Positions 12,801-25,700 of a stretch of 64,000 nt of DNA are shown piece after piece. The number at the start of each line of letters is the position of its first letter. Position 1 is the stretch's first letter. Source of the stretch: Lingula anatina (taxonomy: Eukaryota > Animalia > Brachiopoda). The position numbers and the translations under genes were made by a program. Where the stretch lies: positions 50,322,788-50,386,787 of the forward strand of contig CM120640.1 in the NCBI GenBank assembly GCA_051362555.1, read 5' to 3'. The notes below the pieces were generated by a model. It had not been told where the DNA came from, did no database searches, and was given only the letters and a program-made list of their open reading frames with translations.

Positions 12801-15800
12801 AAGTCCTACTCCTCACAGAGCAGAGAGGGTGTCGAACCAAGCAGCTGCAGACAAAGAACCAGAAATGGAACTTCCAGAACCAACAGAGAAAGGTAGTTTT
12901 ACTCTAAAAATCAGTTATCTGATGAATTTTTAATTTGCCAGGGAGACTTAAACATATCAATGCTTTTTCTGTTTTAAAAATGTTAAAAAGCTTAAAGTAG
13001 TGTATTGACATTTTATAATTCTTACAACCATTCAACTTTTAGAGGCCCAAGAAATATTTGGTGCTCCCCCTGCTCCTAAGACAGTTATGGAAGCTTTGGA
13101 GCAGAGGCTCCAGAAATATAAATCATCAGAAGAAAGTGCCAAAGCTGAGGGTAACAGTAGTAAAGCCAGGAGAATGGGAAGAATAGCAAAAGTATGTTAA
13201 TTGCATACTGTGAGTTACAACATGAATAGAAAACAGTGTAGTTGTTAAAACATTCGTGACATATGAATTTTCATTTATCTATCTTATTTAATTTTCATTA
13301 TCTAGGTCTGCACAACATTTTGCATCAGGATGGTTAAAGCCCTATATGATACTACATTTTCACAGATTAACATTTGTCTGTAACAAACTTTATTTTCATT
13401 TAGCAATATCAAGATGCAATTAGAGCCCATAAGCTTGGAAAAGCTGTAGACTTTGAAGAGCTACCAACTCCTCCAGGTATGTGTTTAACTATGATCTATT
13501 TCTTATCTATTTTGATTAAAAAAATTAATAATTTTTTTGAATAGAATTTCCCTCTTTCTCTAGTTTTATTAGTACCACCAGCGTGTACGCTGGCGGTACT
13601 CATGGTTTTAGTCTCGACCCGTCTCGTACGGCTCCGTAAGCTCCGCCGGCTCCGTTGGCTCCGCAGGGTGTCGTGGGATACAAGTCACCGTTACCGCTTC
13701 TCCTCCTAGACCGCAAGGACCTGTGTCCCCATCTCTTGGATTTAGGTCACATATAATCTCAACTTGAACACCCTGGTATTTTTGTCTCAGTCGGTGCTTT
13801 GGCCTGGGCGTGACGCTCGTTGAAACGCACCCTTGTCAAAATTTTGGAAAATTCAATGCTAAATATCTCCCAAACCGAAGGAATTATGGGAAAAATTACT
13901 ACAGAAGTCTGACCGAAAGTCATTTGTGGAGATTCCAAATATGCCCTGAGATTTGACTTTTGACCTTTATTTCAAGGTCAAACGGGCCAAAATTTTCTAA
14001 AAATGGGACTTTTCTGCAAAAAAATATTTGTTTGTACCAATTTTCAGAAACTACACAGACCTATGCTCTCATATTATGGTGAGGGGTTACAATCAGGGTC
14101 TCTTTTCATCTTTGAGAGTTTGGGGTCAATAGGTGCATTTTCATGGGAGAAGCGGCCATTAGATATGAAACTGAAAACTCAAATTCTGGAACCGTAAATG
14201 CCAGAGACCTTTTGCATTTTGCAATTCGTAGGACTTGTCAAGCATAATACTGGAGGTGGTGTCCACGTTTTTGTTTTCGATACGGTTTAGGCGTTGCTCT
14301 ATATAAAAAAGTACAACGCAATATTCAGTGGTGAAAATAAAATGTGAATTACTGCAAAATTAGCAGAGATATGCCCATAGTTCCTATTGAACTTGAACTG
14401 GAAGTCATATACTGGCAATCTAACTGTGACCTTGAAATTGACCTTTGACCTACTTTTCATTATGAACTGCACTTTGCAATTTTTCTGATCTTCATATTTC
14501 CAAAACTGGCAAAGATACGACCATAGTAACTATTGAACTTGATTAGGAAGTCATATACTTGCAATCTAACTGTGACCCTGAAATTGACCTTTGACCTAAT
14601 TTTCACCATCAACTGAACTTTGCAAATTTTCTATCCTTTATATCTCGAAAACTGGCAGAGATACACACAAAGTTACTGTTGAACTTGAATAGGAAGTCAT
14701 ATACTGGCAATCTAACTATGACCTTGAATAGGAAGTCATATACTGGCAATCTAACTATGACCTTGAAATTGACCTTTGGCCTACTTTTTATGATGAACTG
14801 CACCTTGCATGTTTTCTGGCATTTATATCTTCAAAATTGGCAAAGAAATTCCCATGGTTACTATTGAACTTGAATAGGAAGTCATATACTGTGACTTTGA
14901 AATTGACCTTTGACCTACTTTTTCACCAAGAACTTAACTTTGCATATTTTCTTGCCCCTCATATCTTCAAAACTAGCAGAGATATGCCCATAGTGTTGCC
15001 CAAGGTTTACTCTTTTGTCAGCATACTACAGATGCAACAATGATAACACATTTCAAGGAAAACCAATAGGTCTATTGTCTAGAAAATCACAGGAGTGATC
15101 AATGTTAGGAAAATACAGGTCAATTCCAAAATCTGCATGATTGGACCATTTTTAGTTATGTTTTTTTTTTTTTTTTGCATTTTTTTACATATTTTGAGAA
15201 CTCTTGTTGATTGCATTTTATAGAGCTTGTTAAGCACAAGACTGGAGGTGGTCTCCTTTTTTTTTTTTGGTTTTCCATACGAATGCGCTTACTCCAGCTG
15301 GTGGTACAATATCCGGAGGCGGTATCGCCTCTCTGATCCTCTAGTTTAACTTAAGGAAACATTACAGTAGCACTCACAAATTCAAGCCTGGAGATTGGAA
15401 TTTTACAATCTTAAGCTAGTTTTGTTTGCTGTATTCTTTCAGGTTTTGCACCAATCCCCACAGGATCATCAGGTGCCCCGACAACAGCACCAACACTCCC
15501 TCCTCCCCAACCACAACCGAAGGCTGCAGCATCATCTAGTCCAGGTGGCAGCACTGCTCCACCCACCAGCAGACCTGTACCACAGAAATCTCCATCTGGC
15601 GCAAGTAAGATACTGGAGACCAGTTGTTCATGATTAGATAATTTAAATTAAACTGCACCTAAAACTAGATTGAAACTAGCTAAAAATGTCATTAAAATTT
15701 AGTAACCAAATGTCTGGAACCAGTTTGTTCCAGGCTGGGTAGTGGTATCCTATGGATAACACTGTCCACAGTATAAATTCGTTATCTTTGACCAGTTATC

Positions 15801-18800
15801 TCAAAGATGGCATGATTTTTACTAATAAATAGCAATATCAGAGACAAAAAGTATCCAGCATTTGGGAAATGTTGCTTTACCCACAGAGTAACTGCCCGTT
15901 TTGTGTTGAGTAGAAGGTGGTATTAAATAAATCTAAATCATCAATACAAGGATGTATGAGATTTTTTTTCTTTGTAGGTGTAAAGAAGAGGGCCTTATCC
16001 CAGAATGAACAGAATGTTTTGTTGCTTGAAACAAAGATGAATCAATTTAAAAAAGCAGCTTTAGAGGCCAAGAACAAGGGTGAAATGGAACAAGCTAAGG
16101 CATATCTTAGATCAGCAAAGGTTAGGAAGAAATGTCCATGATCTTTTCAAATGGGGATGAAAACAGTATTGTAAAAAGTGTTTAAAAAGAAATTTATACA
16201 AAACAATCAATGATTGGTAGGCACCATTTGTATCTTTTCTTTGAATCTTTTTTACATGAAACCAAAGTATAGAGTAACTGGGGCCATGTATAGCTATGAA
16301 ATTGTGTTTGTTCTCCACCAGGGGTTTGAGCCAATGATAGAGGCAGCAAAAGGTGGATTACCAGTGGATTTAAGTAAGGTAAGGATTGTGTCTTTTACGT
16401 AGTTGTATTAAATGAACTATCGATGAAGAATAGATTATTTTGACTGTGTGTGTAAGTGATTTCAGTTTGTTTGTCATGCAAATGAGAAAGATGTGGATGT
16501 CAATCGTGTTTACCATCTTCTTCCAGTGTCCCACTCCCCCTGGTCCTGAAGGCTTGGAAGGCTTTGTGATGGTGGAGAGAGAGGATACAGAGCAACCTAT
16601 GGGGGATAGAGACCAAATGTATAAGAAGCTAGAAACAGATTTGATCAACCAAATTAGGGTAAGATAAATGTTAGATAATTCTTATGCATCTGTGGAGGTC
16701 ATGAAATTATTGTATTGTTTTGATTATGGTAAAAATGTAATATGGGCTACCTGACGATATAAGAATAATTTTTTCTCATTTCAGTCATGTAGTACAAATA
16801 GTGAACATTTTACTAGTCTTGGAGATGTGACAAGTGCTCAGAGGTAAGTTCATTATTTATTTATTATACCTTATTTTTATGCCATATATTTATTATGTTA
16901 CACCATACTGCTCTAGATCAGTGGGGATGCTGGCAAAATAAAGAAACATAGCACATTGTTTCATATCAATCTGTCCCCATATGCATATCCAATTTTTTTT
17001 TTTTTTTTTTGATCAGGTTATATTTTGCTAACTTTCAGGTTTGAAAAACTTGGAAAAAACAGCAGAAAAGACCTTGATGCCTTGAAAAATGCATACAAAC
17101 ATGATGACCCAGTTCCTAGGTTCCACTATGAAATGAGAACCTTTTCTATGGTGCAGTAAGTATATGACTACAGATGAACTTGTCACCATAAAATAAGTTA
17201 TTGGTAATCAATAGGATAGGAATGTGAAGTCATTGAAATGCCTTTAACTTCTTTATTTTAAGTAGTGGTGGATGTTTTATGATGGTTTATGTATAGAATT
17301 ATTATAATGACTAAGAATTCCTTCAACAATGTTTTCCCATTTAATGTTCAAAGAAAGGGCTTTTGAACATACCACAGTCAAATCTTCATTTCAGATGTTG
17401 TACAGAGTTGGGAGGAGATGATCTAGAACTTATTATTGTCAGAGGTCTTAATTATGGACTGCCCCCTGGTAAGTATTATTCCTCTGACTTTTGGGATTTA
17501 ATGTTTTTCACATGTACACCATGATTAGGAATTCAGTTCACCTTTGCCGGGCTGTACTACTGAATGGATTATTAATAAAGGAAATCATCTGTGTTTATAG
17601 TTTCTATGAAAAGTCTTCCTTTTACAGATATTAAGGCAACAGACTTAGACACCTATGTGAAATTTGAATTTCCGTATCCTACAGTAAGTGAAGCCAATAA
17701 GTTTTTTTTTATGTATTAGAATTATTATAAGTTAGTTTCAATCTCTTTAAAAATAAAGACCAAAACATTTTAAAATGACCCAGTTTTTCATGAGTAAAAA
17801 ATTAAAAATGAAGGTGAAGAAATTTATGTATGCATTTTCATTATGTGTCACTCTGTAATTGGTGTCCATATAAAGCAAACTGATTAACATTTCAGGATAA
17901 ACCTCAACAAGACCACTCACATACCATAAAAAGCACGGACAATCCTGGTAAGTTGAAATGGTCAAGCCACAATCATAACATAATGGTGCACCAAATTGTC
18001 ATATAGTTTCCAAGTGCATCCTTCATTTTGATGTTGATTTTCAGTTATGTACGTCGGACGTGCACAGTAAGAAATCTTTTTAAACATGATGTGACAAATT
18101 GGGCACTGCAACATAGCAGATATTCTTTTGTATAATTGTAAGTGGAGAACTTAATCGTATTATTGAAATACATTAAAATACATTGTGACCTTTCCTGATT
18201 ATTATTATTATTGAAATAAATTTCATTTAAGAAAATTTAAGAAATAAGCTTATTTGTTTTTCTGCGACGCAGTCACTCCTAAGTTGGCAACTTTCCCCTT
18301 GTGACATTCCATTGTTGTTCAGTATGTAAGTGATATGATGCACAACTGTCTTAGCATCATGAATATGCACTTGATGCTCTTTTCTTTCAGAATATGACCA
18401 GACTTTTAAACTACAAATGAACAGGAAGTCTAGGGGGTTTCTTAGATTACTAAAAAGCAAATCTATCAAATTAGAAATTTATTATAAAAGGTGAGTATGT
18501 ATGCACAGAACTTGGTGATTTACCCTTTCTGTATGTATGCAGAGTAGTGATGTTTTCAATGGACTGATTAATTTGAAAGTATCAGCACTGAAAGTAAAGC
18601 AAAATACAAGTTAAACTGCCCCACTGTACACTTAATAAGAACACTTGTACCAACATTTGAATATTACTTGTTTGTTTCAGAGGATTTTTCAAAGGTGATA
18701 AAATGCTGGGTACCTGTAACTTAAAACTCCAACCACTGGAATCTCAATGTGTTGTCCATGAGATTTTAGATGTAAGTGTACTACTTTCTTTTTACACTTA

Positions 18801-21800
18801 GCACATAGCATTGAACAATATACTCTTATTTATTAACATTGATTAAAGATTTACAATTTTTCCATGAAAACAGAAATAGTTCATTCAGCACACAAAACAG
18901 AAAAGAACTAACATGCTGTGCTGTCTACTTATTTATGTAACATAATTCAATATCTTTCAAATTTCCTATGTAAGCTGATGGATGGAAGGAAGACAGTTGG
19001 TGGCAAGCTGGAGGTGAAGATGCGCATCAGGGAGCCATTTCTTTCCAAACAGGTTGAACAGGTCAAGGAGAAGTGGTTGGTCATTGATGCCTTTGAAAGG
19101 AAACTTGCACCTCCACAGCAGCCGAGGTCCAGGTCCAGGGTTTGTATTTTTTCGTTTTCGTTTATTTTGGATTAGGGGAAAAAAATTTATATATATTTTG
19201 AATCATACTAGCATTACTTTAATAATATATGTTGAATTTTTATATAGTGCAAAATTTTGATTTAAAGAGAAATTGCTGCAATATATGGAAAAGCTGAATG
19301 TAAATTGAAGTTCAAATTTAAAGGTAATTACCTTGATTGTCATTCTTACTTTATATTTCAGTCTCCAGCCAGGGAGTCAAGGTGAGTTCTCAATGAGTAA
19401 TGTGACTTACTAATTTGTGTGGGTATGGATATTGGTTGTTATGACTAATACTTGAAATGAATGAAACGCCATTTAATATTTAAGAGTGATCATATTTACT
19501 GTATTGGTCTGATATCTTTTAAAATATGAGATGACTGTGCTCATTTTAAAATGACTCACATAACCAGCAGTTGATATGGGTGGAACCTTTACCCTGCCAC
19601 TTTCTTATTCAGTCATACATGTTTGCTCCTGGCAGTATCAGAATCTTATTTGAGTGGTAAATTGTTCATTTAACCTCATTTTTTGCATATCTTATGTGAG
19701 CATGGTGTAAAACTAAGAAAACTCAGCATGTTTTTAGAAAACCATTTTATGTGCCGTTTATTTCAAATATAAGGCTTCATTCACATGAAAAATCTATTTT
19801 CTAAAAATCTATTTTCTATTCGTGGTATCTTGTGATCACGGTCTGTGCCCTGAATACTCCGTGGCGTAATTATTGGCAGCGCGAGCCAGTTACTTCCAAA
19901 GCTGTAATTAATTCTCGGCTGCGCTCGGAATGATCACAAGATACCGCGAATAGAAAATAGATTTTTAGAAAATAGATTTTTCATGTGAACGGAGTCTAAG
20001 ACTCAAAGAAATAAGATAGGTGAAGTTGTTCAGTGCATTAAAGCAGTTTGACTGGACCATGTGTCTGCATTAAGCCTGAGCCTTGTGCTAAGTAATAGCC
20101 CATTGTATTAGGCTGCCCTTACATTTGGTTGTCTTCTTGTGTGGTCCTCAAAAACAATTCCATCATACAGGTTTAAGACTGTACCTTTGATATGTCATCT
20201 ACTTGGTGTGTATCCCATGGTCTTTCTCTTGACAAATATTCTGGTTGCACTTCTCAATCCACTGTGTCATATGAAAAGCCTTTATATGATTAATTGATTT
20301 CCTTGAGTGCTATTTGTGTAAGCTTAAAAACATGGAATTAATTGAAAAACATGTCATGATAAGTAGCTTTTTTATTATTGTAAATGAGATAATTTATACA
20401 ATATAACTTGTTATGTGTTATTGAGTATTTTACAAAAGTATGTTTTATCAGAATTTTTTTTTTTTTTTTTTGTTAAGAAAGACCACGTGTAACTAGGTAA
20501 TACTTGCTTTTCTCCCTGCAGAAAATCAAAAATGTGCCTGTTGGCATGAAACTCAAGACATTAGCAGCACAGACAACAGCATAGAGAGAGATGAGAATTC
20601 ATTGCACCTAAAAAGACTCCGTCTGTCTTTAGTAGAAAAGTGATGCTATCATGTTCATATTCCCTGCCTTCAAGGAAAAAAGAGAAAGATTTTTTCATGT
20701 CAGTTTTTGTGAAAGGGCTAGGCTCCAAGATTTTACCAGTCCATCTAGTTATTTTCACCTTTTTAAAGAGAAAAAATTATCAAAAATAATAGTCATTGCA
20801 TGGCTTGTGTAACTAAGAAGCTTCATGGTCACATTGTATAAAGAGACAAACATTTTGATGAGAATTAATTTAATTTATTTAATAATATACACTTAGTTCG
20901 ATATTGTTATTTTTAAGATAAGTCTGTGATATTTTGTCATTTTTTAAAATTTGTTTGTTAGTTAGGTGAACCTTGGGACTTAAACTGTTCAGAACATACT
21001 ACATGTCAAGCCAAATGGACAAAGTTAACTGACCTATGAATACAGTTTAAGAATAATTGTTATATGTTATATGGTTAAGCAATTTCTTAACTGAAAGACA
21101 TTTCTGAAGTGCAACCAGCTAGGTTGAGAAATGGGTTGTTTAGTACCTGAACATCACTCCAGAACATTATGTATAAATCCTTTTACAAGTACCGTCCATT
21201 ATAATGATAAGTGCATATAATCTCATATTTTAATTGTGTTTATATTCAGTTCCTGAATGGTTTGTTTAATATTAGAATATTCAATGTTTCTTCATTTGAA
21301 TAAGAGAATAAAGGCATTTGTTTAAAATACGGTCTTGCTATTAATCTTGTTATATTGTTACAGTAGGGAAGTGGTCAGCATGGAAGTGCTGCGGTATGAG
21401 AAAGACTTGGTGGATAAACAGGTAATTGCATCATTATTACCAAAACTACTCTCACTAAGACATTAAAAAAAGAAATTTTCTGAATAAAATGTATCCAATT
21501 TAAAGTTTAAAAACTTTTTCTGTAGATTTGCCTTTACATTACTTGATATAATCATTTTCAAATAATTTAAGTAAATTGTGCCATTGTTTTTTTCATAAAA
21601 TGCAGTCATTGGTTAAAATTGACTTTCTTGCAATTTCATATTTTCTTTTTAGATTGCCAAATACAGGGGTATCTTAAAACCTGTCCAAGAGCAGGCTTTG
21701 AGGAAGAAAAGTGAACAATACCAAAAGCAAATAGAGCAGCAGACGGCCATATTGAAGCAAGGGGGAGTGAATTCACTTAAAGGTAAAAAAAAGGGTCTAT

Positions 21801-22708
21801 GAAAACAAATTTACATCATAAAAACAATACCTAGTGAAATTAAAACTGACCAATCACTTAGAATGCCATAGACTTTTCAGAAGAAAACCCTGACATTGGG
21901 TACTTTTATTAAAGGATTTATAATTTTTATAAAGTTTTAATTGGGAAAGAAGTTAAACAGTTTGCAATTAGGACATATAAATATGACTTTAGGACATTTA
22001 TAAACACACACAGCAAGGAAGGATAGCTTTAATTCCTAGGCAAAAATGTTTGTTTGGCTTCAGTTGGCTTTAGTTGAGCCTGTTTATTTAGTTTATTTTA
22101 AATACCTATACAATGAAAAGTTGAAGCATTGGATAGTTGTGATATGCCTTGTGGTGATTTGCAGTGAAAATATTGTCTTATTGTGTGTATATGACTGCCT
22201 GTTTATATATTTTTTTTACTCTTTTTCAGCTTACATGGATGATATAGCGAGGACTGCGACAGTGTACCACCAGGAGGCAGTGAAGTTGGCAAAAGAAGGG
22301 CAAAAAGACAAGGCACAAATTGCACTGACAAAGAAGAAATGTGTGGAGAACGAGGTAAGCAATGATTTCAGTCATGGATGTCCCAGCTGGCATGTAATTT
22401 TAATTTTCTGGAAAGATGCATTTTAGTTAAATTTATGCAAATGCCTTATGAGTGCTAGTATACAGGCAGTTTTCCAGTATCTTGTTAAAAATATTTTAGC
22501 CTTTAAACAAAATAGGACCTTTTGTGGCCTCTTTTTTAAACTTTAAGTGAAGTATACTCTGTTATATTCCTTGAATTTCACACCTTTTTGATTGATACAA
22601 ACTTGGACATTTGATTGACAGGTTTAGACATTCATGATTTGTGTTTGATATTAGTTTTCTTGTTATTTCCAGGTTGGATTAATTCAGCAAAAACTTTCCA
22701 AGATGTAG
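6804..22708 (+). CDS. CC2D1: Coiled-coil and C2 domain-containing protein 1 (Lgd/CC2D1A/B orthologue): 4 DM14 repeats, C2 domain and C-terminal helical extension; 28 coding exons, about 961 aa
   Basis: Exons 6804-6875, 7463-7610, 7886-7983, 8186-8458, 8624-8780 (donor uncertain by +3/+6 nt), 9015-9050, 9258-9373, 12293-12377, 12791-12892, 13043-13191, 13404-13476, 15443-15604, 15978-16120, 16322-16378, 16527-16658, 16785-16843, 17039-17155, 17395-17468, 17628-17683, 17896-17947, 18391-18490, 18681-18771, 18975-19139, 19362-19381, 21364-21421, 21653-21782, 22230-22354, 22673-22708. Phases join. DM14 motifs include EALEQRLQKYKSSEESAKAEGNSSKARRMGRIAKQYQDAIRAHKLGKAVDFEELPTPPGF. The C2 region includes DLDTYVKFEFPYP and LMDGRKTVGGKLEVKMRIREPF. 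Confidence 0.93.
9413..12180 (+). mobile_element. Non-autonomous Helentron/Helitron2-type element (HINE-like), copy 1, subfamily A, in a CC2D1 intron
   Basis: 5' subTIR GTACCACCAGC (9418-9428) folds with CGCTGGCGGTAC (9434-9445). It has a GGCTCCGCC microsatellite, an internal tandem array, a 3' subTIR GCTGGTGGTACAATA (12132-12146), a GAGGCG-GTAT-CGCCTC hairpin (12151-12166) and a CTAG end followed by T. There is no TSD and no transposase ORF. Confidence 0.85.
10405..11976. repeat. Tandem array of about 10.7 x 146-bp satellite-like monomers inside HINE copy 1
   Basis: TATCTCCAAAACTGG recurs at 10413, 10559, 10705, 10851, 10997, 11143, 11289, 11435, 11581 and 11727 (exact 146-bp period), plus a degenerate last unit. 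Confidence 0.97.
13564..15345 (+). mobile_element. HINE-like element copy 2, subfamily B, in a CC2D1 intron
   Basis: Same terminal architecture (tattagtaccaccagc…gctggtggtacaata, gaggcggtatcgcctc, ctagtt). About 4 diverged monomers at about 14350-14992, a 39-bp internal duplication (14684/14723) and a unique filler of about 140 bp. Confidence 0.85.
19773..19996. mobile_element. MITE, PIF/Harbinger (Tourist)-like, 224 bp
   Basis: About 66-bp near-perfect TIRs (GGCTTCATTCACATGAAAAATCTATTTTCT…) flanked by a TAA duplication (19770-19772 and 19997-19999). Confidence 0.85.
20522..20549 (+). CDS. CC2D1: Candidate alternative terminal coding exon of CC2D1 encoding (R)KSKMCLLA* (CaaX box)
   Basis: Strong acceptor tacttgcttttctccctgcag at 20501-20521. 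It is phase-2 compatible with microexon 19362-19381. TGA at 20547-20549; AATAAA at 21307-21312, before the next exon. Confidence 0.65.
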
Positions 22709-25700
22709 ACTTCCACTTAGATTAAAAGTCAGTTATCAAATTAGTGCAATGCCAATTTTTACTCTGTCGGTAGGATAAACAATGTGTTGGGGAATATAAG
22801 AAAGGACATAAGATGGTCACTGTGCATGCATGTGTCACTTTGATGCCTTAATGTACAAGAACTTCTAAACAGGAAAAGTTAAGTAGACGCTTCGGTTATC
22901 ACATTGAATTTTTTATTTTATACCAGGATTTTTTATTGATCAATCTGATTTGAAAGGATGATGCTTTACAAATGATTCATTTACTGTGATTAGGTCTATA
23001 TATGTCATGAATGGTTATACATGTTCATCATGTGGGCTGTTGGGGTTTTTATTCTCACACATTTGAACTGCGTGATTTACAAAAAAATATGATGTCAATT
23101 TTAAATTGATTGTCTACTAATATGTAAAGCATTGTAGCAGGTTGCTTCAATTTGACTATTATTATTATTATTATTATTTTTTTTTTTTTTTGTTAAGAAC
23201 TTGTTTTCGTTCAGCTGAATGTCTGTTGCATATCAATTTCATGTTTTAATGAAAACAGAACACTGAGATCATAAGAGTTATGAAATACTGAGACTAATTG
23301 CAAGGCGTGTTTATTCAAGATAAGAACATTTATTTTAGGCCAGACAAGATTAATCTGACAGTCAAAACTTAGATTAAAGATATTCAATATAGTACTAGTA
23401 TCTGTATTCTCTTTTCTAGGACTTCTTTACTTATTTCTGAAATTAAAGTGGTATATGTCAGCTATCATTTTCTGCATCACACACCATGATAAAGATATTA
23501 ACTTAAAGTACCAACTTTGTTATTTTTGTACAAATGTAACAGTTATTCAAAATAAACACACAGCAGATTTAGATAATGAAAGATAGCATTTATACTTACG
23601 TAGGCAATGCACAGCTTTCAAATAACCTTCTACAACTTCTGCACAAAATGGGGGAAAAACCAGAAATTGTTAATCATGCTTGTATATAATCTTTAAACTA
23701 GTCTAGACAAAATGTTCAAACATGCTTGAGAAGCTATATTCACTTGTAAGCCAATAACTCATTTAAGCCATTTAAGACCTGACATGCTGGATCTAGACGC
23801 CACTGATATATACATACTGATAAGATGCCTGTACCAGTGTTCTAAGTTTCTTGGTGGATGTGTTTTTTTATGTGATTTAATCCTATTTGATGTAACAGAA
23901 TAATGTGATCTGTTTAGTGGTCTGATGCGTACCTGGAGTCAGCAGAATAAAAGGTGAATGTTTCTTGTTATAATTATTATGATGTTACTTGATTTTTTAA
24001 TGTGCTTGAATTATGACTTACACCATGTTCATCCAAAACTGCATATTAACATTTTATAAGGGGATTTTTGTGTTAAAGTTTAGAAGAAGGGGCCATCTCT
24101 CTTTCCCATTTTTCATGCTACACTTTGTGATTGTAGATCTTTTCTGATAGAGAAAAAATGTTATTATTTATTAATGGATAATGAAGTTTAAGAAAGTGAA
24201 CAACATGTCTCGATTAAAGAATCAGTTTTTTTTTAATTGTAGGAAATACATGTATATGAAACATTCCTGTGTATGGAAGTTGGCAAATGACTTGAATAAA
24301 ATAACTTTATAAAGTTATGATTTTTTTTTAATTTCATAATTTGGACAAACAATAATAAATACTACATTTGATACTTTTGAAAAGATGATCATTTCAGTGG
24401 TCTCCTATTTCCAATAACATTGTTTCCTAGACAGGATATGGATGATATTAAACTAAAACTGTTTTGGATATGAAATACGACATACAGTACTAGTATGACC
24501 AAATTTTCAAACAGTGCAAAATCATACAGAGACTATGGGGGGTTATGGCATGAAATGGAATAAGACTTGTTCTGCTAAAGAAGATTAAAACAGTTCTAAT
24601 TAAAAAATGGAGTGCAGTAATAGTCACACTAAGCACTTTCAGGGGCATCGTCATACACCTGACAATTACTGGTATGTGCACAACAAAAGATAAAGTTAAT
24701 TCTGATGACAAAGAGTTACATCTACCAACAGTAGGCTGCATATGCTCATTATATCATTCTGATCATCTGTTCTCTGTTATAGCATCCTGGAGCATTTCCA
24801 GTTTCAAGGTTTCATATTATTCATTAGTATATTACTTGAAATCTTGAGAGAATCTTACAGAAAATTTTAACATTTTTTGGAAATAAAAGTTGTTTATACA
24901 GTGGGCCTGTGTGTATGCCTTCAGGCACATCTAACTTTTTTATTTGCATAGTTGTTGGAAATGGCCATTTAAAAAACCAAAAACATGAATTAAGGAGTGT
25001 TAAGATTTCCTTTACATCTCTTTTGTAAGACTTAGAGAATTGCAAATGATCAAAGACCCATTTCTTTCATCATTTCCCTTAAATGTTGGTGTTACAATAA
25101 ATCAACTGTTTTTCATGGATGCATTATTTCCTGACTTGACCTCTGATATTTCAGGAATTGTTCTGATGTGCTGGCATCAGGGCTATTACTGTATGCATCC
25201 CACTCAATTGAGAACTTAGGACAACATGTATGCTTTAGTTCTCTTTTTCTCAGCTTTTCAAAGTTGATACACATATAAATACATGTGATGATTTTTTTTC
25301 TTTTGAGTAATAATAATTAAGCTTCCAGTTTCACAGCAACTGTGTTATCTTGCAAATTGGGGGCATGTTCAAGATCCTCTCCATAACAAACCTACTATGT
25401 TTCACTATAAAACAACATGTTAAATCTGTATTCCATGTAGATACCATACTTTTAAGTATTTTTGAGCACCGTTAATCATCTCTGTTGTTGTGGACTATCA
25501 TAAGTATGAATATTAAAATTTTATTTTTGTGTGGATGTTTGGTGGTGAAAATGTGCTTATCATACACTTTTATTTGTATTAATAACTATTAATTTCACTT
25601 TTAAAAATAAAAATTTAGGACATAAACAGTATGTTTGTACACTTTCTAATAATGCACCCATTGAAACATATGTGGTTGTTTTAGATCTTAACCTCATCAG

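Noticed and set aside
18960-18975. AAG (non-YAG) acceptor in CC2D1
   Set aside because: It is an uncommon but well-known acceptor class, and the frame and homology are intact.
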